Source of the DNA: Octopus sinensis
Lineage: Eukaryota
Direction of reading: 5' to 3'
NCBI RefSeq assembly: GCF_006345805.1
Contig: NC_043003.1
Span: 13,516,001 to 13,580,000 of the forward strand
Length of the DNA stretch: 64,000 nucleotides
The notes under the pieces are model-generated. The model ran no database searches, was not told the origin of the DNA, and saw only the letters and a list, made by a program, of their open reading frames with translations. The first letter of the stretch is position 1; every line of letters begins with the position of its first letter. A program made the position numbers and the translations under genes. Below, piece after piece: positions 9,036-21,422 of the stretch.

Positions 9036-12000
9036 TCAAGTGGGACCAGGCATATTAGGCATTACGCCCATGTACTGCTGGCCAGGGCTGGGCATCATGT
9101 TACCCATTGGGGACATTTGACGTGGGCGGTTTTGTGAGTAAAGCTGTTGCTGAAATTGTTGAAATTGTTGGCTAAAACCAGGGCTAACAGGATTTGATCC
9201 TGGCCCCTGTGGTGGGCCATTTGGTGGCGCAGTCATACGTGGGCCTCGCTGCATGGCTGGGTGAGGCATTCCTTGCATAGACATGGCTGGATGCATACCA
9301 TGACCTTGCATTATTTGTTGCCCCTGCATCATTCCATTGTTCATCATACCAGGTGGACCTCCACCCATCATCTGGGGGTTAAACTGATGGGGCATGCCAT
9401 GGGGAGGCATACTGCCTTCCATGCCATGAGGAGGCATTCCTCCACATACATTACCCCCACCAGGATTCATACCATTCATTGCGCCCATATTGGGCATGGG
9501 TCCACCCATTCCAGGGGCTATCATATCACAAGGACCCATGTTACCAGGAAGAGCTCCCATTGGATTGTTCATGGGAGACATATGCACTGGACTGGCCATA
9601 CCACCACTGGGCATATTACCAACCATGTTGGGATTAGGGTTCTGCATCATTAGGGATGGAGGCATACCAAGAGAATGGTTGGGCATACCAGGTCTTATTT
9701 CTCCTAAAGAAGGTCCTGAAAAACGTGGCATTTTATTCTGAGGTGGTTTACAGTCTAAAGTGTGACCAGGTGAGGCCAGCTTTTGCATGAAGTCTAAATC
9801 CGGCCGTTGCTGTTTAGTATTCATATTCTGTGAATTCTGAACAGGTTGTGCTGGCAGATATTGGATGGTGTTGGGGGCTTTAGCTTGGATTTGGATATTG
9901 GCATTGCCAACAGAATTTGCAGGAAAGTTTGGTGAATGTGTCATGCGTGAATTTGAGTTGATCATGAGGTTTGGAGGGTTCCCTGACTTGGAGTTCGATT
10001 GTTTGCTTGTGGGAGGGTGCCCACCGGCATTTGGTAACATTCCTGCATTAGGGTTCACAGATGTTGGAACTGGACCAGCACAACCTTGTTGTGGTGGCAG
10101 AGGCCCCGACGACCTCTGCGCAGATACTTGTCCCATGTTCATTTGGGAAGATTCATTAGGAACTTGCTGGACCTGCATAGAAGGACTATAGCTAGGCCCA
10201 TCAACAGATTGTATATTCAGCTGTTGTATCTGCATATTAGCATTAATGAAAGTGTTATTAACTCCAGGCATCTGACCTTGTGCCATTGTATCTGGCGTCA
10301 CAGAACCCTGTCCTGGGCGCACGGCTGCGTTTGCTGGCATCGGGCTGTTACACTGGCTTTGAGAAGTAGGTAGATTAGATGGAGTAGATGGCTGTGAGGT
10401 GCTTGTAGAATTCTGTTGGTTGCTAACATTACCTTGTATCTGTATGCTATGAAATGGACCCCCTTGCATCATGTTTTGCTGCATCTGATGTGACAAGTGT
10501 TCAACACCCTTTGCAAGGTTTGCTAGGCTGGCCGAAGTGATATTCGTCATGTTGCCAGATTTGTTACCAGCAGCAGAACACACGCTGCTGGATGTACTGG
10601 TGCCCCCAGTTGATATGTTCGAGCTACAGTTTATTGAGGGTGGATCATAATGAGACAAACGCATCCCACCACTGGACATTGGTGAGGGTCCAGACATCGG
10701 ACCGGGACTGGACAAAGGACCAACGCTGGAAGATTGGCTGGAATTGGACATGGGGCCTTTGTTGGAGCCTGGTGCTATATGCATTGGAGAGTTGACTTGG
10801 TTATGAGGAAAGTTACCACTCTGAGTTTCAGTAGGCATGCCTGGTTGCTGTGGAGGGATAGCATGAGGGGGAATGCCATGTTGTTGAGATGCCATGCTCT
10901 GACTGATACCATGTGGAGGTATGCCTTGCTGTGGAGACATTCCGTGTGGCGGTATTCCCTGTTGAGGTGACATACCATGTGGAGGCAAGCCTTGCTGAGG
11001 CGACATGCCAGGAGGCATGCCCTGCTGGGGCGACATACCATGTGGAGGCATGCCTTGTTGGGGTGACATACCATGTGGAGGTAAGCCCTGCTGTGGTGAC
11101 ATACCATGTGGAGGTATGCCTTGCTGTGGTGACATACCGTGTGGAGGTATGCCCTGCTGTGGTGACATACCGTGTGGAGGCATACCTTGAGGCGACATGC
11201 CATGTGGGGGTATGCCCTGTTGGGGTGACATGCCATGTGGAGGCATAGCTTGCGCTTGAGAATGCATGTTCTGCTGTTGAGACGTTCCCTGCGGTTGTGA
11301 TGACGTGGTTTGCTGGGAACTAATTCCTTGGTTGCTCATACTTGACTGTTGATGGGGTGGTACACCTGGTTGGTGGGGGACTCCGGGTGGATGTTGTTGT
11401 GGATGAGGTGGAGCAGCAGTAGCGACACCAGCTTGTGGCTGTTGATGTTGCGGCAGACCGACTGAAGGGTGATGTGGCGATACGCCAGGTTGATGATGTG
11501 GTGCGGACACCGTGGGTGGTTGTGGATGTGGAGGTATACTGTTCTGATGGGAGTTCATCGCTGACTGATGAGTGGCCATATTGGATGGTGGCTGTGGATG
11601 TGGGGACATACCCGGGGGTTGAGGGTGATGCGAGGCCATACTAGACTGCGGTGCTTGAGAAGACATAGGCGATGGGTGTGACGGTAAACCAGAATGATGT
11701 TGATGAGGGGGCATGTTTGGATGTGGTTGGTGGTGGGATGGCATACCTGGTTGTTGTGATGTTGGATGTGGGGGCATACCTGGTTGTTGTTGTTGCTGCT
11801 GTTGCTGAGGAGGATGAGGATGGGGAGGCATGCCTGGTTGATGGGGTGGCATGTTTGCCTGTGGAGGAATATTTGCTTGCGGTTGCTGCTGCTGCTGCGT
11901 TTGTTGTGGTGCTTGCTGATGAGGAGGCATACCACCTGGTTGTTGATGTGGGTGTGGCGGTATACCTGCTTGTGGCTGTTGTGATGGTTGTTGTTGCTGC

Positions 12001-12939
12001 TGTGATGGTGGTTGTTGTTGCTGTTGCTGCTGTTGTTGTTGTTGTGTTGGTGGTTGTTGTGAATTTCCTGTTTGGTTTGGTTCTCGATATGCTGTATTTA
12101 ATTGTTTTGTTATCGTTAATTCCTGTCCTTCAAATGCGTTGAGGTAATTTAGCTGTTGAGGTGATGGAGTCGGTTGCAGGTTCTTGTAAATCTCATCCAT
12201 GTCTTCCCGTTTTCGTTTTGTTGACTGTGCATAGCTAGGAGGAGGTTTGCTACCGGAATTTGGAGGGGCATTCATTTCAGGCTGAAACTGTTCTGGGTTA
12301 CCAGCTCTCTGTAGGGTCAGATTTGAATTTTGTTTAGCCGAAGGAGGCATGTTAAATTGCGAGTTTAGGCCAACTGGAGACACGTGACCCACAGGGTGCT
12401 CCATATTTCCAGTTGGTGGAAGCCCAGGAGAAAAGCCGTGACCCATTCTTCCAAGTCCAGCCTGCTCTAGGGAGCTCAATGAAGGGGCCCGTCGAGGACC
12501 AGGGAATAAATGCATAGGATCAGGAGATTCAGGATGGCCGTGGCCAGATAGAGGGGGAGACAGCATTGGTCCATTCATGTTAGGTGAGGTAGATGCATTT
12601 AAACCAGCGACTCCTTGTCGTTTTTGTGAGATGGAACTGTAATACGAAGGGGGGGACGCATGCATTGAATTAGGGGGCATTTCCATACCAGGGTTCATCT
12701 GTTGAGCCATTTGCATGTGCTGCATTCTTCTTTTCTCAGCATAAAATTCCTGCTGTAAGCGAACCCATTCCCGCTGCGCCGTCGTAATGTTTTCTATGTT
12801 GCCCGGTTGGGGGCTGAACTGCGGCGGCATATTCTGCTGTTGCATCATAAACTGGTGATGTTGCATCATGTGCTGCGACGGGAGAGGTTGCTGCGGCATA
12901 AGTCCCTGTTGCTGCTGCTGTTGTTGCTGTTGTTGTTGT

Positions 12940-12975
<36 letters not shown>

Positions 12976-13580
12976 ATCATAGCTGACTGCGGTGACATCT
13001 CATGCGGAGACATGCTTAGAGGGAACATATTTGGAGGATGCTGCATTCCCTCCGGGGGTATCATGTTAGCCCCAGGAGGGAAACCCCTCTGCTGCTTTAG
13101 TTCTTCAGGAAATAATAACAGCTGCAATTTCTGAAGGGAAGCCAATGATTCCTCTCTCTTCTGCAGTTGTTCCGGAGTGAGTTTGTCATCAGGAACTTTT
13201 GCTTGCAGTAAATTTCGATGTGGGAGAGGAAGACCTTTACTACACATGCGGTAGGGCTCTGGATCAAACCCTGCATTATCCGGTAACATTCCCACCTGTC
13301 CCTGTGAAGAATGACCTGGTGGAACCTGCCAAGGCATCATTCCACCTTGACCTTGACCCATCATATTTGGGTTGTTTGAGTAATTAAGGAATTCTTGCTC
13401 CTGGAGGTTAGCATTCTGTTGTTGCACCCACTGAGCTACTACTGAATTAGGGCTAGGCCCCATATTGTTCATGTTTGTATTCTTTATACAACCCATGTTT
13501 TGTTGGTGCATATTCGCCATATTATACATGTTCATTCCGCCTGGAGGTCTGTTAAATTGGTTGCCTTTTGGAGGAAATTT
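9036..13580 (-). CDS. BCL9: BCL9/legless terminal coding exon (1514 aa + TGA): HD2, Q23, HD3, PPxY motifs, P/Q/H-rich region, 11-aa tandem array, C-terminal HD6-like motif
   Basis: 4.5-kb open frame. Acceptor tctttttcag|AAA at 13581, phase 0. HD2-like DDKLTPEQLQKREESLASLQKLQLLLFPEE (13101-13196), HD3-like TAQREWVRLQQEFYAEKRR (12726-12788) and KAPNTIQYLP (cf. vertebrate EKPSQTLQYFP) at 9852-9896. TGA at 9036-9038. Confidence 0.95.
10899..11246 (-). repeat. Coding 33-bp minisatellite: 10 full + 1 partial copies of [MIL]PPHGMSPQQG
   Basis: Read directly from the translation. Two units are 10 aa (lack one Q or one H), so indels are in-frame. Confidence 0.95.
12906..12974 (-). repeat. Coding CAG/CAA tract, Q23
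   Basis: 69 nt of mixed CAG/CAA codons between ATGATG and GGA. Confidence 0.95.
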
Positions 13581-13789
13581 CTGAAAAAGACATACAAACA
13601 AAATCAGTATGTATTTACATAATTAAAAAAACAATCATCTTACATTCTCTCTCTCTCTCTAACTGGGTAACCATGTATCTTGTCTGCAGCTAGTTACCCG
13701 TTTCTCCCCCTCTATCATAGTTTGACTTCCCATCATCTGACACAAAGCCACCCCCACTCAACATCCCCCCATCCCGCCCAGTGGAGGGA

Positions 13790-13950
13790 TCTTTGTCTTG
13801 CAACTTATGGTGCTACGTAAAATGCAACCAGTACACTCTGATAAGTGGTTGGCATTAGGAAGGGCATCCAGCCTAAAACTCAGGCCAAAACCATTGTCAA
13901 ACCATCCAACCCATGCCAGCATGGAAAACAGATGTTAAATGATGATGACA
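13790..13950 (+). mobile_element. Family B (RTE-type 3' end) fragment
   Basis: GTGGTTGGCATTAGGAAGGGCATCCAGCC...CCATGCCAGCATGGAAAACAG + GATGATGA. Confidence 0.7.
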
Positions 13951-13969
13951 TATAATCATGTATATACAT

Positions 13970-14581
13970 TAACCCTTTTTGAGATCAACCCACTAGAGAC
14001 TGGTCCTGGCTCTGTATTACAAATGCCTTGTTTTCAAAAGTTTAGAATCAAAATCTTCCACCAAAACTTAGTCTTAATTTATGTTCCTAACATTAGCTTG
14101 ATGATAAAGTTATTTTTATCAAATTCTTCATCTCTCTCTATATAAAGCTGAAGTTGTCTGTGTATGGCAGGTTTGGTAGCCTTCAACTAACACTATCTCC
14201 TCTGAGACCTTGCGGCGCAAGTTGACCAAAATTGAGAGTATGATAGAAGAAGGCTTGCTCTTTCTTCCGTAGAAGAAAAAATTCAAATTGAACCATGTTA
14301 ACACCAAAAATTATTTCCATCAAAAAGGTGCTTTTTTTTCTATGAAAATCCCTATTTTTATGATTTTTTTGTCACCATTTTTCAGTGTATTTCAACCAGA
14401 AAAATGTTCACTTAAAGAGAATAACAAGTTACATAATGCAAAATTTTTACTTTTCAAAAATTCCAATTCTAAATGGTCGAAACAAACCTGAGCAATGCCG
14501 GGCAATACTGTTAGTTATATTTAAAATTAATTTCAATAAACACAAAGTGTCTCAACAGAAATATAATAACAAAAGAGTTCA
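13970..14581 (+). mobile_element. piggyBac-like MITE (family H) interrupted by a Helitron
   Basis: TTAACCCTTT start. Body continues in register after position 14514 to AACAAAAGAGTTCAA. Confidence 0.75.
14131..14514 (+). mobile_element. Non-autonomous Helitron (384 bp)
   Basis: Inserted between A14130 and T14515 without TSD. 5' TC, subterminal CCTG-AGCAATGC-CGGG hairpin, 3' TTAG (one change from CTAG). Confidence 0.75.
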
Positions 14582-15225
14582 ATGATGATGATAATTGAAT
14601 TTTTCAGTTTAAAGATATGTCTTTTAAAGAATTTATCACGTTTTAATGGATATATTTCTCTTACTAAATAAACACGGTCAATGTAGATGATTTAGGAATT
14701 ATTATAGATAATTAATTAGTCATCCATTTATCCACAACACTTGATAATAACAAAGTTATTTTACCAAATTCTTTATTATATTTAAAATTAATTGAAATAA
14801 ACAGAAAGTGTCTCAACAGAAATATGGTAACAAAAAAGGGTTAAGAACCTTTAACCCCTAAAATATCGTAAGCAGCAAGAAGAGGATTGAAGTGCGTTTT
14901 GCTCAACTGCAGCACGGAGTTCAAATTCTTGCAGAAACAGGACACTAACAGATATAGATTGCATTTAGTGAAAGTCACCGAGATCCAACATCAGAGTATG
15001 GAATACAGAAAGAACAATTTGTGCTAGCATTGACGATGTTCTTAATGTCAACTGATGTATGGAATGACCAATCAAAGATTTGGTTACAGGCCTCAGATGG
15101 GGGGGGGGGGGATAAATAAACAAAAACAAAAGCCCTGCATGTTTGACAAACTGATATAAGATTGTGTAGAGTAAACTGTGAGAATCAATTAGAAAATTGG
15201 CATTAATTAATTAATTAATTAAGGT

Positions 15226-15457
15226 TTAACTCTTCAACATTCTGATTACTGTCAAATGTAATGTTTATCTAGTCACATTGTTTTGTTTATTTATTCAACA
15301 TTCATTATCTCAAAGCTTTGAGATTTCAGTGGTGTGATTGTTTATTTTTATTGTGATATTGTAGGGTAGGTGTGAGAGGCTGGATCTGGCTGGTTTGAGC
15401 ATAAAATAAGTAGAATATTTGGGCTGGATATGGTCAGTTAAAATGACAAAGGGTTAA
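15226..15457 (-). mobile_element. piggyBac-like MITE (family I)
   Basis: TTAA at both ends, CCCTTT/AAAGGG-type termini. Further copies at about 17865, 22647, 32443, 33790, 39857, 45980, 53719 and 56966. Confidence 0.75.
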
Positions 15458-15492
15458 AACCTAGTTTTAAGCTAAGCATAGTATTAGGCATA

Positions 15493-15748
15493 TGTGTGTG
15501 TGTGTATATATAAATATATATGTATGTATGTAAGTGTATATGTTTCCCCCCCCCCCCCATCACTTGACAACCAATGCTGGTGTATTTACGTCCCTGTAAC
15601 TTAGCGGTTCGGCAAAAGAGACCGATAGAATAAGTACTAGGCTTACAAAGAATAAGCTCTAGAGTCGATTTGCTTGACTAAAGGCAGTGCTCCAGCATGG
15701 CCACAGTCAAATGACTGAAACAAGTGAAAGAATAGAAGAATAAAAGAA
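15493..15748 (+). mobile_element. Family D SINE, 3' half
   Basis: GCTGGTGTATTTACGTCCCTGTAACTTAGCGGTTCGGCAAAAGAGACC...CAAATGACTGAAACAAGT. Confidence 0.8.
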
Positions 15749-16354
15749 ATCCTATTAAAATTTCTTAAATTAAATATTAATAGTAATTAGTAAAAAAAAT
15801 TAAATATTTTATGTATTGTAGAAGTGTAACTACTTTATTGCATATAAACTTTAACAACAAAATTTTATATGGACCCTTAAGGGCCATATGGACCAGGGTG
15901 AGAACCACTGTTCTACAGAGTTATTTGATCTGCTAGAAACAGCAGTCAATTCTTCTTCTGAAGCCTTTGGCTGTCTTAAGAAAGTAAGTATATTTAGCTA
16001 AACATATACTAAGTAAAAGGTAGAATAGTGCCTTTGATTAGAAGTCTGTAGGATCAGAGTTGACCAAGGGTTGTACAACAAGTCCTGTCCACACTTCTCA
16101 ATTAAAATTGCAGTATGTGAATCCAAAAGAAAATCAAGAAATTAATCTTAGGGGTCTCTAATGTAAAAGTTTGACTCACATCTTACCAATTCTTATTAAT
16201 AATGGAACTAAATTTCATATGTGCGTGCATGAGTGACAAATAGAAGTGATAAAGAAAATGAGAAAGAATGAAACAGAAATAAAAACAAGATATTTTTATA
16301 CAACTTCATTATTGATCAAAAATGTAAATATTTTAAAAAAACATTTATCTCTAC

Positions 16355-16636
16355 TATGTAACACACTCACCGGTAAAATTTCCACATTTTTCTTATTTTT
16401 ATTGTCCTAAAATTTTCATTGCGTCTTGCAACGTTTTCAATAAACTATTGAAATGGTTGCAAGATGCAATGAAAATTTTAGGACAATAAAAATAAGAAAA
16501 AAGTGGAAATTTTACTGGTGAGTGCGTTACATAATAAGGCTTAAAAAGAAAATGACTCTCCCCAGACACAACAGAATATGCTTCAACACACAAACTCATA
16601 TAAAGAATCTTGCAAACCAAATCCCAAAATGAAAAA
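16355..16636. mobile_element. Fold-back insertion, copy 1 (88-nt arms), 12-bp TSD
   Basis: Palindrome 16355-16533 centred on 16444, plus a unique tail. TSD ATTTATCTCTAC at 16343-16354 and 16637-16648. Confidence 0.85.
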
Positions 16637-16829
16637 ATTTATCTCTACGCTATGCTTTAATCAGTTTGATCATTGATTGCCATTAGGTGTCTTATCCATG
16701 GATGTATGTGGTGATCTAAAGCATTTAAGACATATTTCCAATACTAAAGATGGGAGATAATAATCCAAACAGCATAATTCTTGTCAACAATAATAACACC
16801 TTTTCAGGTATTTAACAAACAGTACTTAC

Positions 16830-17314
16830 CTGTAAAAATTGCTTTGTTCTTGGTTGATCCATATGAAATGCTAAAATGGATTTGTGTTGACCTTGGCGGT
16901 AAGAATCTGCAGCTTGATTTGCTAAACTGGTATTAAAAACAAATATTTGACTATGTTGCTGCATAAAATGTGCATCAATTGGACCTGTTGACTGATGCTG
17001 TTGATGGTTAGGAGAAACCATACTTGGATGGGGCATTCCAGGAGATTGTTGTGGGGGTGTTTGGCCCAAAGGCGGGCCTTGTCCTGGACCACATTGTGGT
17101 GCGATTTGAGGATGTACCTGTCCCTGAGGATTAGGGCAGTTGGGCTGGGCAGCTTTGGAGCTGTTGCCAACTGACAGTGGTTGGGGTGCACCAGAGTTTG
17201 TACATTGAGTCTGTGAGGGAACAGGGAGAGTTTGTGTGGTAGGGGGGCCCACTGTCGTTGATGGAGTCCTTGATAGGTCATTAGAGCCAGGTGACCGACC
17301 AATGTTTTCTGCAC
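16830..17314 (-). CDS. BCL9: BCL9/legless internal exon carrying HD1 (Pygopus-binding)
   Basis: Acceptor tttcag|GT at 17315 and donor CAG|gtaagt at 16829. The 485 nt (phase 1 in, phase 0 out) join in frame to both neighbours. Encodes QIFVFNTSLANQAADSYRQGQHKSILAFHMDQPRTKQFL, matching the Lgs/BCL9 HD1 pattern IFVFST.LAN..A..V..GQ...I..FH. Confidence 0.93.
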
Positions 17315-17438
17315 CTGAAAAAAGAAGGAGAAAGATGTATAAACATATAAACGGAATAGTTGCTGAGGTTTATTCTCACCAATAATGGACAATAACTTGC
17401 TATAAACCTGGTCAGTTCTCTTTACCAGTAGAAAATTG

Positions 17439-17848
17439 GGATCTTTTCGGTTTGAACGGCAGTTTTTAACATAATTTCTAGGTAACTAAAAAATTTTAAA
17501 CTTTGTATACTGGTAGAATGTGTTCATAAAACATCTTTTTCTCTTGGCTTTATTGAGAAAATCCTATAGTTTGTAAGATATTTGTTGTTTTTTTTTCTTC
17601 AATTTCTGCAATTTCAACCAATCGAGGACGTCCATTGAGGTAAAAAATCATTCTGTGCCGTATGAATATGTCCCTTGTTTACGAAACAGATTGGGTTTAT
17701 TTACATTTGTGAAGAAAAAAAGAAACTCTTCCCCTCACTAACCCTAACACAGATTGAAATGCAATAGATCGATACTAGGGTCATAATTATAGGTTACAAT
17801 TTCATATGACACCGCTAGAAAAAACTGCCATTCAAACCGAAAAGATCT
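17439..17848. mobile_element. MITE with ~28-bp TIRs and 8-bp TSD (hAT-like)
   Basis: GATCTTTTCGGTTTGAACGGCAGTTTTT / AAAAACTGCCATTCAAACCGAAAAGATC. TSD GAAAATTG at 17431-38 and 17849-56. Confidence 0.8.
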
Positions 17849-20800
17849 GAAAATTGTGGTTTAACCCTTTAGTAACCAGATTATTCCACCAAATGTAATG
17901 ACTATTATTCACATTGTTTTGGAGTAAGCATGCATTATCATGTAGCTTCGAGATTTCCAAGATTTATTTTTTAGAATGGCATTGTAGAGTAGGTGTAACA
18001 GGCTGATTTGAACATAAAACAGACAGAATATTCAGGCTGGACATGGCCACAGATAAGATGAACCATTACAGATTAATGGAGGAATATTCGAATATACTAG
18101 TTATTCTTGTCGATGTTCTGTCAACAAAGACAGTCATTGAATTTGCTTTGGTCACATTCCTCGTTATAACATTTGTTAATTCTCTTCAAGGTAAAATTCT
18201 TTAATTGCAACAAGGTCTCAAAGGATATGAACATATATATATATTTTTTTAAATATAAAACCATAAAGACGCAGCAGGTGAAAGAGAAATCAACTGATTC
18301 CATTAACCAGTAACGTTATTTAGAATGTTGAAATACAGATATGTAAGCTCTTGCTTTTAAAAGATTACAGTCAAGACTTTTACAATGGATGTTATTTTAT
18401 AATAGTATTCAATTATGGTCAAACTTTGTGATTGCTGCTCACAAACTGAGTAAGACTGGTATGATTAAAATTCTATCATTTGGTTAGTTTTCAAGCCGTG
18501 GTCATTCTGTGTATAACTGAATAATATTTTTAAGGTTAGTAGTTGTTATTTAGATCAGAGGCAACCCTGACCAACATGTCTTTTTATCCCCCCACATAAA
18601 CGTAGATGTTCTGTTAGAACAAACTATACTGTGGTAGATACCGCGAGAGAAACTCTCATACTGACATTTGGTTTCAAAATGCATTCTTGCTTAAATTGCT
18701 AGCCAAGAGATAAATCCCCACTACCCCCAGGTCACACAATTTTGACCTTCCTTGGTTTTGTCAACGATGGACACTTGAATGCATCTTTTATGTTTCTATA
18801 AACATCTAGGATTACCATGATGTATTCCTTCTTTTCTGTGAGACAGATATGTAGTTGCTATTTCTAGCATGTTGAGCATAAAGCCTCCTGCCACATCCCA
18901 TTTAGGTATGTAGCATTAAAAAGATGTAAAAAGAAAACAACAACAAAAAAAAAGCATCATTGATGGCAGAATAAAGTTCTATTTTAAGAGTCAATATTTT
19001 GTGTCTACATCAAATCTTCACATTCACCCCGTTCTTTTAATACAATCTTGCGCATTCTTTCTCAAATCCTCCAAACAAGGGGAAATCCAAGACTGCATAA
19101 ACCAACAGGTGGAACTCCTAGTTTGGACTGTGACAGTCCAGTCACAGACACAGAGAAATCCTTCATCATGTCTCTATTACATTTTGTGTCTCAGATTAGG
19201 TTAAATCCTTTACAAAGTCAAAATATTTACACCCGCAACACAAAATGTAGATTCATAGTAAGCACTTTCTATTGTCTTCGACAAAATATAAGCATCCTCG
19301 TAATGGCAAGTTTCATACCAAAACACAATACCTGCATTTGCTTGTGATGAGACATGACACTGCCTGACATTTATGTCATTACAAGTCCTATACTATAAAA
19401 GACAAACTGATCTCTGTCTGTCCGTCACAACAAATTTTGCAACATAGGTAAGAAGAGGAGGAGAAAAAGTTGTTGAGAGAGAAATAAATAAATAATTATA
19501 TATATATAATCGAGAGGGAGGGGGAGAGAGAGAGAAAATATATAAGTAGTGTTGTCGCCATAGTAACTAATAAGTTTTGATTAAAAATGTGGGAATTTTA
19601 AGTGCAAGCCGGTCAACACAGCAGATAGAGTTATTAAGATGTAATAGTGCTTTATCTTCAATCTGTCTTGAGTATCTGAAGGAACATTTTTTTTTTTTTT
19701 GCAGTGAAAATGGAAGGTGTCTGTTTCTAATCTTGCATGGAAACAGGTGAAGGTTGGTGACAGGAAGAGCATCCAAACCTGCCTCAACAAATTCCGCCTG
19801 ACCCACTCAGGAAACATGGAAATGTGGACACTGATAGATGATTATGATGGTCTGTTGGTGTGGCGAGTGTACAATCCATTACGATGAGTTGTGTGTTGTC
19901 TGGTGTTCTTTGCAGTTTATTGCTGTTTGCTTGTGGAGACACCAGTGGCCCAGTTTGTTTGTGGAGACACCAGTGGCGCAGACAGAACCGGATGATCAAA
20001 CACAAAAATGCACTTAATCACATGAGATGTACTACTGCCTTACTTACAATAATATCAGTAACAACAGCCTAATCATTCTGGCAACATCTACAACCATATA
20101 AAGGAATTTTTTGTCCCTTTTTTTCCTTTTTTGAGACTAATTACACTAGATTGTTTTGCACACACACACACTCTTCCATCTTACTTTAATTTAATTTGCG
20201 ACAGTTAGAATTAACACAAGTGACAGAGTATGAAGTAGAAATTGCTAAACGTCTCTGATAACTAATACACATACGTAGAACATAAAAACAAAAGCACTCC
20301 GACACCGACTTAACCAATAGAAAGAGTTTAAAATAGAAAAAACCCCCAAAAATTTCTATTTAAAGTAGCAAAACGAAATGCACAAGGGAGAAATATATTG
20401 CAATTAAATTCAATACTGATTAAATTGTAGTTTTCTTCAGTGTTTATTACCAAACAAGTTTCATGTATTGTAAATGATTTGTTGATTGCAAGTTGATTTG
20501 AAAATACGTGGGCGTGTGTGTGTGTGTGTGAATGTGTTTGTATTTACATACAAATGAAAATATGTAAACAAAACCATATTTTGAACAAACATTTACAGAT
20601 ACCATAGTTTCCCCCCCTCTCCCCCCACCCCCACCTTATTCAACAACTTTTAAACAGTCACACGCAATTTAATTTTACACTGCGTATAATTTAAAGAAGC
20701 GAGAGATGGTAACAGCTAAGTTGGGCGTACGGGTAAACAACAAGTACACAGGATAAGCGACGACTTGAAAAAACAGCAGTGGTAGTAGTAGTAGTAGCAG

Positions 20801-21422
20801 TCCAAATAAAGGAGCAGCTGTTTAAACTGGACATCTTAGAAAGAATAGGTTCCGGATAACCAGATGTCGCGTTGAAAGATTGTATAAAATTGCTGGACTA
20901 GAAAGCAAACAAACTGAAGTGTGTGTGTGTGCGTTAGTGCATATACACACATAAATATTTTTGTGAAGATAGGGTACCATAATGTCCATAGTCGATTAGA
21001 ACACTCTTCCAGCAGAAGGAGATTTGCATTTAATATGGGCATTTAGTAGTTTATTGCAGAAAGGTTATAAAAATCCAGCAGGAGTGGCTGTGAGGTAAGA
21101 AGTTTGCTTCCCAACCACATGGCTCTGGGTTCAGTCCCACTGTGTGGCACCTTGGGCAAGTGTCTTCTACTATAGTCTTGGGCTGACCAAAGCCTTGTGA
21201 TCTGGTAGACAGAAACTGAAAGAAGCCCATTATAGATATAGATAACAGCTTAACCCTGGAATGTCTACCTTTATAGATAATCTGTAATATCTTTGGCACT
21301 TATGTGAATTTTTGCTAGTATGTATCTCATGTGTCCACATAGACACACGAGATACATACACACTTAAATATAAGCACATGGTCAAAGATACACACAAAAA
21401 CACACACACAGAGACACATACA

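Noticed and set aside
10899-11246. Regular 33-bp repeats as a CRISPR-like array
   Set aside because: No unique spacers; the repeats are in-frame coding units of a eukaryotic gene.
9261-13387. Numerous overlapping and antisense ORFs, including poly-Cys (12868-13134) and Val-rich (11672-12142) frames
   Set aside because: Shadows of the Q/P/H-rich BCL9 exon; no independent splice signals or domains.
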